From positions 576,001 to 640,000 of the forward strand of contig CBDBCZ010000012.1 of NCBI GenBank assembly GCA_965203295.1: a DNA stretch of 64,000 nucleotides. The letters run 5' to 3'. The position numbers and the translations under genes were made by a program. Under the pieces are notes generated by a model. That model saw only the letters and a list, made by a program, of their open reading frames with translations. It ran no database searches and was not told the origin of the DNA. Origin of the DNA: Nitrospirales bacterium. Lineage in GTDB: Bacteria > Nitrospirota > Nitrospiria > Nitrospirales > UBA8639. Positions 24,801 to 39,212 of this stretch are shown one piece after another (within the stretch, counting starts at the first letter, position 1; each line of letters opens with the position of its first letter).

Positions 24801-27800
24801 GTTTTTTTTTAACCGATTTCTTAGCTGACGTAACCCAATGTTGAGTGTGTACGAGGTACACCAACTACTTGGTGAAGGAGAGAGCGAGGTCGATCCCTCC
24901 CTCGGGAACAAGCTAGAATTGAAGAGCAAGACTGCTACCATTGAAGTTATAAGCTTAGTGCTTCTCTTGCTTCCGTGTAATACTGCAATCCTACCATAAG
25001 CCTTCTAAGGTGCCCTAGATGTTAGTGCTTGGTGGGGAGGGAGGAAGCCAGCCTTATGCACCCACCCTAGCATCGCAACAGCTACAAGCAAGCAGCTGCT
25101 ACATTGCAACTATTTTCATCGGCCCAACTCAGCTTCCACCATGCCTGTTCAAGAGTGTTGATTAACCTAGGAGGTATTTTGTTAGTGTTTTCCTCCCAAA
25201 ACTGTGAGTGGTTCATTAACCACCCTTGTGTATGAAGGCATCACATCATACACCACAGCAACTGGCGCTCCTCATTTCTTAGTAAGTCCACTTGTGAAGT
25301 GCGTCTTGGTGGTATGATCCCATATGCATCAAGATAGGAGATACAACAACAGTGACAGTAAATATTTTCCACATTCAGCTAACCAGATTCACTGGCTCCA
25401 TGATGTAATACTGAATGCATAACCAAACAGACTTACTGGTAAAGCTGAGCTGTTGAGGCCCTGCACCCACAGCAGTTGGAAATTGGAAATTAATTATTAT
25501 TTGCCTCAACCTCTTCCAGCTACAACTGCATTAACAATAAACAGCCTGTATCTGGGCATCTACTTATTTTGATATTGCCTAATCCAAATCCTGACCCACT
25601 TATGAGATGAATTAATGTTGCATACTAGTTTCCTACAAAAGAGGCATAGAAGACTGCAGCCAGTCCTTGCAACAGTATTCTTGCCAAATGGCAGCTTTCC
25701 TGTACTTTATTTCATATACCTTGTACTCCAACATGAAACTTCAAAATCCTTGCGGCAATTGAGCTTGGCTGTACGTTCTCTCTTCTCGGCAGCAAGAAGA
25801 TTTTGTCTCATATAAGCCTATAAAACAAGTAGTTCAGAAATTCATGGATTAGTTAGTTAGAAAGGTTAAGGAAGTAGAAGTTTCTTAACTCACAATTGCG
25901 AAAGGGCTCTTCAACTCGGAGTATATCTGTATATAATAAATAGTTACTTCCAATAGATCTCTATTACTGTAACTATGCCATCAGTTGGGACGGGCCTAGA
26001 TTCATGAACATGGGAGTAGTATCTGAGCAGAACATAGATGGGAGAGTAGAATGGTAGATGATACGGGTTCTTTTCTTTACCTTTATCACCTTCATTCTAG
26101 CAATCACTGAGCTCACTAAAAAAAAATGAAGACTGTAACCTGTGGTAAGTGCATGCAGTGGCAGCAACGAACAAGCAACAACCCGTCCAGCAAAATTCCA
26201 ACCTTAATAGCTACTACCAACCTCCCATGTTTTGTTGGTCTTCATTGGCACTTCCACTGACTTTGATGAATTACCGTCTGTGAATTTATTCCCTCCACCG
26301 TACTCCAAAGATTGAATCTGCCTGCCTTCTGCTTTATAATCTGAGTTTTGGGTAACTGCTCTGACTTCTGCGTATACATGCTTGTTTTGTCTTATCCTGG
26401 TGGGTGGAATCTTCTTGATGCTGTAGCATGTAGAGCACACTACTCAGATATCCTGCATCAATTGGGTCAGCATTTTGTAGCTCTGTTTTTTTTTTCAGGA
26501 CTCAGTTATGTTCACGAACCTGTCTTTGTACATGTGGATGACATGTACACACACCCTTTTTCTTGTGTGATGGGTATGTTGCTATTTATCTGTCTACATT
26601 GGTTTCTTGATCAGAATCTTTTAAATATATGCATATTATATATATACATGAGCATATATATAGGTGCTAATAATAATGGTGACTAACATAGGTCGGCCTC
26701 TGTAGGAAAAAAAAGGAACAAATAGTGATTATTTTACTGGAGTGCCATCAATGGAATTGTAGCAACGTACTGGGTATGGATGAAAGCGGCTGCCGTGACC
26801 ACGGCCTCTCCCCCTGGGCCCACCGCGACCCCTCCCCCGGCGGAGCTCCTGGAGCTCCGCCCACAGTTCTGAAACCTGAAATAAGACATTTTATTATAGC
26901 TGAATGCCCAGGTGTATATTATGTACATGCCATTGTACGTGGTCTTGCAAGCCAGACCATATCATGACGTAATGCACTCAATATTCTGGTGTTTGAGGTG
27001 AGATGAAGTGTTGCGTACTTCTGTCAGAAGCTAAGATGGACCTGGAGGAGGGGGACTGAACGGGTCCGGAGGGGAACTCGTTGGGCCTGGAGGGGACTGG
27101 TCGGGTCCGGAGGGGAACTCGTCATGACATAATGCACTCTACATTTTGGTATTTGAGAAGAGATAAAGTGTTACGTACTTCTTTCAGAATGTCAGATGGA
27201 CTGGGAGGAGGGTTCGGGTCTGGAGGGCTGGTCGTGCCCGGAGGAGGAGGTGGGGGACCGGTCGGGTCTGGAGGTGGGGAACCAGTTTGGTCGGGAGGAG
27301 ATGGAGGATGAGGGGGGCTGGATCGTCCAGCTCCTGTCGCTTGCTGCAGTAGATTCAGTTCATAAGCACTTACTATATAAAAACTTATGAAAAGTAATTA
27401 TGTTCATAGTCATTTACAATCGCTCCGTAGTACACCGCGCCTCCCACCCCCAAAACCGCCGTGACTGTTCCCTCAGCCCCCGCAACAGCAGCGGTTATCA
27501 GAGCCATAGTTTAGTTCTCAGATATTATCTACGGTATGCAGCTGTAAATAATTATTAGTAGCGCCTTTGGCGCTCTAGCGCTAATCGAATCGCGGCCGGC
27601 CGTGTATAGTTTGAAGTTCATTGTAGCTGCATGCAGAAAATGTGTTAGCGACGTTCATTCACAAGCACATAAATACATGTATAGGCAATAATGAGAATGA
27701 ATTGTACACTCGACGTTAAGTGTTGACTGGAGAAATATTTGTATGAATTGTACATGTAGTTCTCTGTGTAAAATGGGTGGAAAAGCAGTCTTCCATTTTG

Positions 27801-28364
27801 CCAGATTTCTGAGTTCCAGAAAGGTCTCTTCCCTTTTCTGCTGCTATGCTTGCTGAGAGTATAGATCAGGAGTGTCCATTGCTGTCCAAAATGCTGAACA
27901 AAGAGTCTGGTTGAATAACCGTTTCATTTTAAATTGAGATTATTGTACATAACTGCTTCTGAAGGACACACAAGTTATACTGGGACCAGTGCTTTTTAGT
28001 TGTTGATTCATCTGCAGAGCAGATAGGCACCACTCTATATCACGAACTGCCGTGTCTGCTGCCCAGGTGTATCAGTGTGGCACCCCTCAGCTGCTACATG
28101 TACTGCCCTCACCATGGGTCCTTCACCTAAAAGCTAGGGGTGCCGAGTGGTGCTCTTGTCTCAGGCTGGTTCCAGTCTTCCTCATGGCAGTGCAATGAGA
28201 ACAGAGCAGCTGCTGGGCAGACTCATACTGAAATGGGCTTTAATCTCCTACCCTAATGCCTGGCGGTTGTCAACAGCTCAGTGATTAATTTTGTGCAGCA
28301 AGTTAGTACCTTTGCAATAATAATTTTATTTAAGGATACATCATAGTGTGCAGCTTGTGCTTAA

Positions 28365-31300
28365 TTAGAAGGCGTAAACGGCACAGCATGGCGTGGAACA
28401 CTCATCTGGGTTACTCCCATAAACGAAGAAGGGTATACATGATGGGTGATTCAGCCTTAGCTTGTGTGTGGCATGTAGACTAAAAGAGACAAGGGTAAAA
28501 GCAGTGATAACATACGCATCTTTCTGTAAACAATTATTCGTCATGGTCACTGTCACACTTGACAAAATGTTTGCACCAGAATCTTTAGGTGGAACTGGTA
28601 TCATGCCTTCTGCTTCTGCATCGCTCTCTATTTCTTCATCTTCGCTTTCTTCTGCCTCCAAGAGTTCCTCTATTACTATGTCATTATCGTGCTTCTCCTG
28701 ATTCTGAGGGGGCTGATGATATATCACATTTACAACATTTTCCATCATTGTTATGAGGGTTTCTACAAATCTGGTGACACTAGCACCTGGGAGTGCACGG
28801 CTTGCACATTCTGAAGCAGTTTTTACATTCACTTGTAGACCCACCACAGCCACCCTTACAGCTGCATCCAGACCTGTTACTAGTGAGGAAAGTTGCTAAT
28901 ACAGACTCTTCATCCCCTATCTTCGACGGTGGACTTGCTCGAAGCCAGCTTTGCCTGCGGACAAAGTCGTGCCATTTAGCAAGGGTGTCTAAGGCAGCAA
29001 TGTCTGAGTAGGCTAACCATTTGAGTAGACGGGTCTTATCTTGTGGTAAAGGGGTAGTGCTCATTGACCTATGCAGTAAGTCTATTCTTTCACTACTAAA
29101 CAAAGTCTTATGTTTCAGTAAATGCACGCTGCACTAGCTTTCTCCAGGCGGTTTCATTAATGTTTGCAAGTGTATGTGCTTGTCTGCCAGAAATCCCCTG
29201 AACTAATTCGTTGAAAGGAATGTACATCAAGAGCATTCCCAAGTCCATTGTCAAGTTTCTACTTATTTCTTGTCTGGATGTGATTATGTTAGCTCTTTCT
29301 TTAGAACAGCTAAGATAACGTTTGTGTCCACTTTTGTTGAGTACGCTAGCTATAATATATGTAAAGATGGTGAATTGGTGTGCATGGCATACTTACCTGG
29401 CACTATTCCCTTTGGTCAAGTTGGGCCAGATAAGTGATACATTAGCGTGGCTCTTGTTGAAGTGTAGCATACTGGACAATGTAGTGTTTCACTATCTACT
29501 ATTACTTGGCAGGGTACTCAGGAGGAGAGAGCTTTTTTTCTAAACGAGGACAATATGTAAGCTATTACACTGTTTTTAGGTCCATGTTTGCTAGTAGCTG
29601 GTGGTATGTATTTCCATGAGGGATGGGAACATCGATATTAGCAGGGGCGTCGGAAGATTCTCATGGGTGGAGCGGCTGTGGCTATAGAGGCCGCGAAGTG
29701 GCTGTAATATTTTGCCACGTGCAGCGTCGAAAAAATTTCCGACCTATTTTTCAGCGGTAAAGAAGCAGCTCTCATAGCAGCTCGCTACACTGAAGGTCAT
29801 GCAGTAACATCACATAGCTATATATATATAATTCAACCCAATAATTTTTGCATAAAATTACAGTATCTACACTAGACTAAGTCTGTAGGCAGGAAGGTGC
29901 CCAGTCGGGTCTGGTGATGCTCTGACCCCCGCACAAACTCGTTGCCAATGTCCATGGTCGGTGAAGTTGGCTTGAAAGCTGCGGCGGACGACTGCAGATT
30001 TTCTGAATTCCCTCTTGTGTGAAAATTATGGCCTCTAGGTTGGTTGACTAAAGCTACACTCGAAGATGACTACGCATTACTACTCTATTTAATGCACCTA
30101 GGCTATAGTAATACAATATTTTTTATTTTATTATAGTGCTAATAATGCTTGCCGAAGAATTTTTTGGATGGCGCGTTCATATAGTATTAGGAATCGAGTG
30201 GGATAAACGTCTGTCTACTACATAGGAACTCAATGCGCCACTTTGGAGTGCAGATCCACGTGCCACTTACACAAGCGATGAACAAATGCGGGAACAAATT
30301 TAATACCAGCTGATTTAATATATATATAAAAAAAAATTGGCACGAAGAGTGGGGCGGCCATGGCCGCGGCGGCCGCTGCGGTTTCATCGCCCTTGATTAG
30401 TAGTAAATTCATCTGTACCCATTGTCCCTGTTTTACCAGAACGGGTAGTATGTAAAATTTTGCGGGATGGTGGCAAATACTGTGACTTATCTACAAATAT
30501 ACGAATATAACTTTTGCACCCCTTCCGATCCCAAGCTTCAGTACAATCCTGTCCCAGAGGTAGTTACTGAACGCTGCATCGCAGCAAGTGTACAAATATC
30601 TGGAGGAGGTGGCTGATGCAGAAAAAAATAGAAAATCAACTAGTATTACCATCAACAAAAGCACAGCCACTCAAATTCCTTTGTCTTGGGGTTAGAAAAT
30701 CTGAAAGGAGGATTGGTAAAAAAGGGACAGGTAGGTACAAATGGGTCATGTGATAAACTTGCACTTCCTGGAACACCTGAAAGCACTGAAAGTACAACAT
30801 CCCTGAATGTACAAAATCTAATTTTATTCTGAGAACACAGAGCTAGTGGAAATGGATAAGTCTGCTTGAAACCAGACCCAGGGGACGTTAATGAACGATA
30901 CACATGGCTGAAAAGAAGGGAGGCTTGATTTAATTCAACTGTCTAGCTGATGTTTTGACTGGTGTAAACGTGCATAGATTTTGGCGGCAGCGTTTCTGTC
31001 GAATTTTACTAGGTGGAGTGAGAACATACTGTCTGACGAACGAGAGCATTCTCTCATTGCCAATTTTCGATATGCTAAAGTGAATCTTTACATTGCCAGG
31101 ATCTAGAGCAGGAGGGGGTGATGCAAAAACAATACATAAGCATTGAGGTTGTGAGGAACTTTGAAACAAACAATGTGGAGTTATAGGCTCATATGAAATC
31201 CCAGCCCTGACAATGTGGAGTTATAGGCTCATATGAAATCCCAGCCCTGACACAGTGAGCCTTCTTATCTGTAGTCGTTGTGGAGGTGTATTGCAGTACG

Positions 31301-32461
31301 TACGAATCAAATGATGAAAGGGTATTTTTTAAATGTGACATGAAATCAGCAAGTTCCACCATTTTAAAATATGATGGCCTACTTGTAATTTGTTTAAGTT
31401 TTAAATTATGATTAACGATACTTTCATGAGCTTCATCTGATGTAATGTTGTGAAATGGTCTGCCTTTTACTTTAAACGCCCATTCCCCATTCTTGAAGTA
31501 CTTGAGCACATCTTCAGGATAGGTTAAACTATCTGCCAATGTGTACACGTTTAATTCGTCATATTTATCTTGTGCGTAAGCAAAAAAAAACTTCTGTTAG
31601 TATTCTTAAGGTACATGTAGTATTTCGCAAAAAAAACAATTTGCAGAACGAATTGCAAAATAAAATGTAAGCATGCAAATAAGGCAGAATTTGCATCTAA
31701 AAGCAGCAGCCCTCATTTGCAATACCTGTCCTTAAAGTACCTACCCACTTCCAGAAAGCATCACTAGAACCTGTATTTATACATATCAGAGCTTTGTAAA
31801 GAATGGGAACAACAGTTTCTTTAACCGCACACTTCAACAACACTTCATGCAGACTAACCTATAAGCTGTGTAGATCTTGTCACTGCAACTGATTAATATC
31901 TTTCTTGTGGCCACATTTCTTTCCAAATATGCTGAACACCCCTTTAAAATGATTCTCTTAATCGCCTCTGCTGCCGTCTTCGTTATATGCCAATCCCCAG
32001 GCCCAGCTGGGGTATCGATGATAGCAACGGATGTCATGTTGGTCGTAGTACAATACACCCATTTATACTGTTCACTGTATTTTATTATAAGGTTCTTCAG
32101 GTTGAAAACCACATCTCCCTCTTCGGGCAAAGCCCACAGCCACAGCCTTCTCCTCCATCTCCATTTCCTCCATCTCCATTTCCTCAAGCCCCTTACACTA
32201 AATTTGTTCTCATTTGTGTTGGCATTCAGACATCCCTAGATTGAAGGAACAATCATCAATAGTCACGAGATTGCTAGGAGCTACAGGCTACGACAACACA
32301 AACACACTTACATGTGGACACGAAACCCGGTCGATGTCCAACTTGGTACAGGCTCTCTTTGCCATTGTGTTGCTCTTAACACCCTAATAATGGTGAATGA
32401 GGTTATTACAAAGAACTTAAGGCATCAGGGAGACCTCAGAGATTGTCTCTGAGGCCCACTA
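28365..32461 (-). mobile_element. Degraded Academ(X)-like transposon remnant
   Basis: Fragments in order on -: PGDWHITK, GEWAFKVKGRPFHNITSDEAHESIVN, C-terminal Cys cluster GCSCKGGC...CKNC..CKPC; TAG-starting terminus at 32461. Confidence 0.5.
29642..30395. mobile_element. Putative non-autonomous TIR element inserted in the Academ-like remnant
   Basis: Imperfect ends CAGGGGCGTCGGAA / TTTCATCGCCCTTG; ATTAG lies on both sides. Confidence 0.4.
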
Positions 32462-32523
32462 GGGATGGACACCTGCACTGCATGTATTAATTAGTGGGCC
32501 TCAGAGACAATCTCTGAGGTCTC
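32430..32523. repeat. Perfect 32-bp inverted repeat pair with 30-bp spacer
   Basis: 32430-32461 GAGACCTCAGAGATTGTCTCTGAGGCCCACTA versus 32492-32523 TAGTGGGCCTCAGAGACAATCTCTGAGGTCTC. Confidence 0.9.
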
Positions 32524-32581
32524 AGGTCTACCTGTGGTTTCTTGTAGCAGTTAGTACATTGTTGGGCTCTTCCAGTTAATA

Positions 32582-33973
32582 CACTCCCAAGTGTAAAGAT
32601 ATTTGAGGAAATAAATAAATAAATAAATAATTCACAGCGACACTCGTGGCCTCTACACATGAACCAACATTCTTTTAGTGATATATGGATCATTTCTAGG
32701 AAAAAATATGTTGGAAAAGTTCCGCACTCTCTTCGTTGCGGAGATATCGGTGAGAATTCTACCGCCTTTCGAGTGGCGGCCATTTTGACGTTAACTCTCG
32801 CAATGAAAATTATGCGAGTAAGACTACGCGAATAATTATAGCGCGTGCGCGTGGTAATTGGCGAGCGAATGGAACTCATGCAGGAACTGCTACTACTGCT
32901 TAGCTCTGGCCAATGGATAGTCTCAATCGTGAATTCAATGGTATGTAGTCCTGTGAGTGTAGTTACATGAATAAAACTAACTACTAGGCAAGCCTAGCCC
33001 TGACCGGATGTGCATTAAATAGGGTCAGGACTCTCAGTGACGTTTCAACGGTGCCCCTTGTGGCTAGCTTGGGTGTTGCTGTGCAATAGCTATAGCCTAC
33101 AGTAGTAGTGTCATAGTATTGCTCACCACTACAGAGTAATACATGTTAGTCTACCAGCTATAGATAAAAGCTTTGCATACTTTTTCACAAGTCATGCTAT
33201 CTCTTGCTTGTGGTTTGTGGGGAGGTGGCTGCTGCTTTGCAAAGCAGATAACTGTTGTCTCAGCTGCTGTTGGTCTAGCTTTAGTGCAGCTACGCTGTTT
33301 CCATGAGAGGCATGGTATGCAATTGTATAGATCATAGTCTATCACCCTGTACGTTCTGTTGTTGCACTGGCATCCGTCTCACGAGAAGGCCACCATCATT
33401 CTTGGTCCCATGATGCAATGTGAAATATAAAAAGATAGCAGTGAATATCACTCCTCTTTATATCCAGTGTATTCCTTCTGTTTAAGAGTTTGCCACCACC
33501 AATGTACTGCCCCCTACACTTAAAAAGAATCTCACTCTCGCTGCATGCAGCATACTTCTCTGTCTTAGTGTGCCCATCGAAATATTGGTGCCTTCAAATT
33601 GCTGAGATGGCTGTATACGGATGGTAGAGCAAGAGAATCAGCCTTCCTGCATCCATAGCAGCTATGTCTCATGCACTGGAGAATATACATCCTCAGGCCT
33701 TCCCCTTGCATGCACAAGAACTGTGCAGGGAAACTTGGGAACATGGCTAACATAAAATATGGTAATGGCTATATATAATTATGTAATACGTAGTACGTAG
33801 TTGAAGTTACATAGCCATGCAGAACCTAGAGAAAAGATTTGGGTAGCACAAGTGTAATATGTACGTGGTTTGCATCCCCCTAAGAATGTAGTAATCTACA
33901 CGTGTTTCTCCGCTCACCCGTATCAATGCTCACTCGCATCTCTGTTCATCCGAAGTCTTTACACTTGGGAGTG
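32582..33973. mobile_element. Non-autonomous 1.4-kb TIR element with CACT-starting ends
   Basis: Perfect 18-bp TIR CACTCCCAAGTGTAAAGA (32582-32599 / 33956-33973); no clear TSD. Confidence 0.7.
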
Positions 33974-33985
33974 CGGTTAGTTGTA

Positions 33986-34335
33986 TACAAGAAAATAAAA
34001 AAAAATTCAAAAAAATTTCAAAAGATGTAGGGATGGAGTGCCAAAAAGCAAGAAAACAAGGGTAGGGATAGCATGAACGCAACATACACAGCCCCATCCC
34101 TACATCTATTATACTTTTGCCATAATTTTAATAAAATGATTGTTAATAATTGTTAATAATTTATAATATAACATGGAGTACAATAATATAATACTGCATA
34201 AATACTGATGATAAAGAAAATAAAAAAATTTCAAAAAAAATTAAAAAAGATGTAGGGATGGAGTGCCAAAAAGCAAGAAAACAAGGGTAGGGATAGCATG
34301 AACGCAACATACACAGCCCCATCCCTACATCTTTT
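33986..34335 (+). repeat. Two tandem copies of a hairpin cassette AGATGTAGGGATG...CATCCCTACATCT preceded by an A-rich tract (other copies 47595-47720 on -, 54550-54670 on +)
   Basis: Near-identical ~90-bp stem-loop found four times in the window. Confidence 0.85.
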
Positions 34336-36779
34336 CATGTCACTGCAACCGTAGCACTGCGATATTATTGATGTCATACCCATTTAACCATTTAACCAGT
34401 GACAACTTGCACCGGCAAACCCTCTTCGCACGGTTTGCTGGTATGTCACAGCTACCTGCATGTACCAGTTGAATCAGTAAATTGTATCATTGTTATGTAC
34501 ATGTATGTTATGTCTGATGTATATATTATATTATATTGATACATAGTTATAAGTGGGCTACTAATGAGGATGTGCACACTGTGTGCATGTTTGCATGTAT
34601 ATTGTGCAGTGTACATGTTTATACAAGCAAACATACACACACACTACTGTTTTTGGAAACATGAAATTACCTTGAAATATGCATTAAAACATACAACAGG
34701 GAGATCATGGTAATTTAATTGACTGTATGGATGAAACATCCAAGAAAACTTGACATTTCATAGCCCATGTAAAGGCAACTATCCATGGAAAACCCTTGAT
34801 GTGGCACTATGCTTATACCATGAGAACTCCATGATTTGAGTGCATATGAAATTCCAATGACTTAGTGGGTAAATACCTATGGAAATGCAATGAACTAAGT
34901 ACATTAACAACCCTATGAAATACCTCAAACTTCATCATGGAAAACCAATGAATATGGACGAACCCCATTTGCCCCATAATTACACTGCCATCATTAAATA
35001 CGCCAAATTATACCAATGAATATATATGTGAAACAACAAATCACCATGAAAATGACACACTTAAACGCCCCTTAAGGGGTGGGGTGGCCCCTACATAGTG
35101 AAAACATAGCAAGCTGTTCATGGTTAAAAGTCAAGTACTTTTGGTTTTCGAGTGCGCTTTCCTTTCAGTATATTGACTGTGAATATGTCCTCGTTTGTCT
35201 GATCGATCTCCTGGTATTCCCAGGATGGCTTGGTTCGAACCTGTGAGCAAATACAGGCGCAGGAGGTCAAAAAATGAAAATAATGTCTACAGCCCACTCA
35301 ACAATAAAAGTCCTTGATATTGATATGACCCTAGCCTGTATAGGTGCTTACATTTCACACTAGCCTCGTTCCAAGGCACTCTTTAACTCATGCACTATCC
35401 TGCCCTAGACCATTGAGTATATTGCCCTCATGCAGTACATCCCTGTAATAAAAAGCCAACTTACGTAATTTACATAATGATCCTATCTATGCACCACACC
35501 ATATTTTACCTTCTTCCCAGAGGTCTCATGATTTTCCATGGCCAGACCAGTCCTCTTTCTGGGGTGCCCACTGGAAGTGCATGGCTCCTAAATAAAGCAT
35601 ACACATAGTATAACAAATTGGCCCTACTATGCACCCTCTTTCCTCTTCCCCATGCCCCTATCATACCTTCTCATGATCAGAGGTCTCTTGTTCTTCCAGG
35701 CCAGTCACTTTTCTGGGGCGACCGTTAGAAGTGCATGGCTCCTAAAGAACACATACAGCAATATTTACCATGGCCAGGAGGTGTATATCACTAATATACC
35801 ACTTGCTGTGGAGGATCGGAGGTGTATGGGAATATACCACGAGGAACGCAGGCCCGAGGGGTATATTTCCATAAACCTCCGAACACCAGCAGGTGGTATA
35901 ACACTGCTATACACACTGATTGGACATTATATGGTATAATAATATAGTGTTGAGGTGTACGTATACTCTTCTACCGTTTCCATAGCAACATGGTATATAT
36001 AGAATCTGATAAACTACTACCAAGCAGTCTCGCAACTCAATACAAAATGGTTCGCACCCTCTCTCCCCTTCCCCATGCCCCACATCATACCTTCTCAGAG
36101 GTCTCTGGTTCTTCCACGGCCAGGCCATTCACCTTTCTGGGGCGACCATTAGCAGTACACGGCTCCTAAAGAACACATACTTTGCATATTAAAACATGCA
36201 GCAATAGTTAATACCATGCTGTCCCCAAACTCAATAGAAATGGTCCCTGCTATGCACCCTCTCTCCCCTTCCCCATGCCCCACATTGTACCTTCTCAGAA
36301 GTCTCAGGTTCTCCCTGGCTAGTCACTTTTCTGGGGCAACCAATAGGAGTGCATGGCTCCTAAAGAACACATACCATGTACACTATAACAGCAATATGGG
36401 TTATACTGTGCAGTCCCCTAAATCAGTGTATAAAGGATTAAGTACTGCTAAAGAAAATCCTCATGAACAAGAAATATGAGGTACTGCACCTTCTTTCCAT
36501 CCTTTGTGGCATAAGAGGCAGTGGCATTCCGTTTCTATTTGAGACAATCATTAATAAGACAGCATGCAACACAAAGCAGCTGCGAACATGCTTAGAATAC
36601 ACCGAATGAGAGATTATAAATATGGCCAGGAAACTGCAGCACACTACAACTGACTGTCATTCCCAACCAGAATTAACAGGGAAGGGGGTGAAATTATAGT
36701 CTCTACACCATAACCTACTTACATTATGCATTTTGTAGCTACATGCATGTACACACTCTACACTGAAAACATGTATACC

Positions 36780-39037
36780 TTTCCTACTTTTTTTCCACGT
36801 GCGCATCTCTCGGCAGAACTCTGCAAGACAGTACAAAGCACTATAAGAGATGCAAGTTGAAGTACTTGGGAATTAAGTACACACCTGTGGTTTGGTGACT
36901 CCCAATTTCTGTTCACCTAGTCTGATTCGTTTAGGTGGTGGCTAAAAAACACAATATTCTTCACTAAATCATATTCAAAACAATGATGATAAAGAAACTC
37001 ACAATATCTTTCATTAGGTCTTGCCACATCTTTTTGTTTGCTTTAATTCTTTCAAGCCGGGCTAGTTCATATGGGCTCAAGCTGCTGTCTTCTGCAACCT
37101 CACTAAATAAAACATCAACCGAACTAATAAAGTTAACACAATGCATTGCATGCACTAGTTTACAAAAAAAATGGTACCTGCTATCACTGTCTGGTGTTAC
37201 TTCCACTGCAGGCTTTTCCTAATAAGGCAGGATCAAATAGCCGCCATTACTTTATTTACATCCAAGGTTCTCTTTGAAACAAACCTTGCTGACTGAAGAA
37301 GAGGTAGGCTCTACGCCACTTAACTTCCACAGGATGATGTCCTTTTCCTAAATTTTTTGATCAGTTATTTATAATGTGTTAACACTGCACCTGCACTGCA
37401 CTCACCTTTAACTGATTAAAAAGCATCTTTCCATCACAGGGTTCCTGCAGGTCAACTTCTTGGTCCTCGGGACATAAGTTTTTCAGCAGCAATATTTTGC
37501 CATACATGGAATTCTCTACAAGATGAAAGGGGATACTGTATGGTATATTATTCCAGCAACTTTCCTCATTTTAATCATATCACCAGTAGAGAGGAAGACT
37601 CCTTTTCCAATCTTGTGCCCATCCTTGAGGATATGGACCTCCAACCTATAAAATTAAGACTAACATTCAATGGTCGTATACATCTTGTTTAAATGATAAG
37701 TCTGGAGAATTGATTACCCGGGTGAAAGTATGCCTGAATCTGAAGTCTTGGGTTTTTCATCCTTAGCTTTTGGACTCTTCAAAAACAAGTGTTTCTTGGC
37801 TACAGCTGACCTGTTCCTCTGACCCCTACACATATAATGTGAAGCAGGTGAAAGCATACTGCATAGAAACAACTTACATTGCTGTATTTGCCCTTGGCTT
37901 TTTCAGCTCACAGACTTCAATCCAATTACCATCCTTTTATCTGCTTTCAACTGTTAATACATCACCCACAACCCAGCCCAGCCCATGTAGTGCTGCTAGG
38001 TGGTTAGCAAAAGCAACTGTTAACACCACAAGCTTAAGGGCAGGCACATGCATCCCAGACAGTCAATCATACCAAAAAAATAAAATAAAAAAAGGGGATA
38101 AACAGCTTTCACTTGATCTATTACATGTATACCATGATTCTAGAATGGATTCACTTTGCATTGGTTAGCAAGGCTATTCCAATACAATTGTTAGTTTCTG
38201 GAGTGTCATTACATGATCATGCATGAACTAAATGCAGATACCTAAAGCATACAAATCTGAGACAGTTGGCCCCCCATACAAGTTATCATAATTTAGGCGT
38301 ATCATACAATGTGAGCACTGGTTAAAATCCCAGCTTTTGTACTTACCGCTTCACTGGACTCTTCAACTCTAAGCTGCGTAAGTGGGCTCTCCGGTTCATT
38401 AGAGTGTCAGAGAGCCTCTTTCGCACTTCTTTCTTTGCAGAGCGAAGCAGCGGGCAACTTGCAAATACCTAAAACAGAAAGATTGGTTAACCTAGCCCCA
38501 ATATACAGGCCTGAGCTGGCTTACAGCTTCGTAAAATGCTCTCATCTTTTCCGGGGATACCTCCTCCATGTAGGGAGCTTTATTCCAAAGTCCTGCAGCT
38601 TTGGCTGCTTCTCGGACAGTGTACTATATGAAAATTTATTCAAAAGAGCAACAAGAACACAACACCCCAAAAGCAGTCTCTAAAAATTCTCCCACTCTTA
38701 TAATTTAGAGTCTTACATGAAGAAAATTCTGGGCTTCAGTTGACTTGCTGTTCTTCTTTTTCCGACGAAGGAGTTCTATTAGATTGTAGCCTATTCCTTC
38801 AAAAGATGAATTCGCAGGGCTGTCCGTGTTGGAACTGTCATAGCTGCTGCTGCTGCTGGGGGTACGGCTGAGTGACGACGGGCTGAACCCCGACGATTCC
38901 AGCGACAGTGGAGACGCCGCCGCATTGGGGTACGAAATCGCGCTCTTCTCAGCGGTCCCGGCAGGCTTGGTTACTTGCTGAAGCAATGGCAGCAGAATGG
39001 CTACCTGCTCGTTTGTCAGAGACAGATTGACTGCCAT
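36780..39037 (-). CDS. Spliced second (TnpA-like) gene of the CACTA element; 3' end uncertain
   Basis: Exons joined by GT-AG: MAVNLSL...NFLH / YTVREAAKAAGLW...FYEA / VFASCPLLRSAKKEVRKRLSDTLMNRR / EVHILKDGHKIGKGVFL / DIILWK / LSPYELARLERIKANK. Confidence 0.55.
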
Positions 39038-39212
39038 CTAATGATCTAGAATAGTAGCTGTCTGCAAAGCGTGTTTAATACCGCCAAATTATACTTCGCA
39101 TGCGCGCAACAGGTTGCGACTTGCTTCGATTTCACGTGATTCCCATGCGCACAGGCCACACCCACAGGAAACGTGTTGCAGAAGATTTTAAAGGTAATTA
39201 TAAACCATTAAG

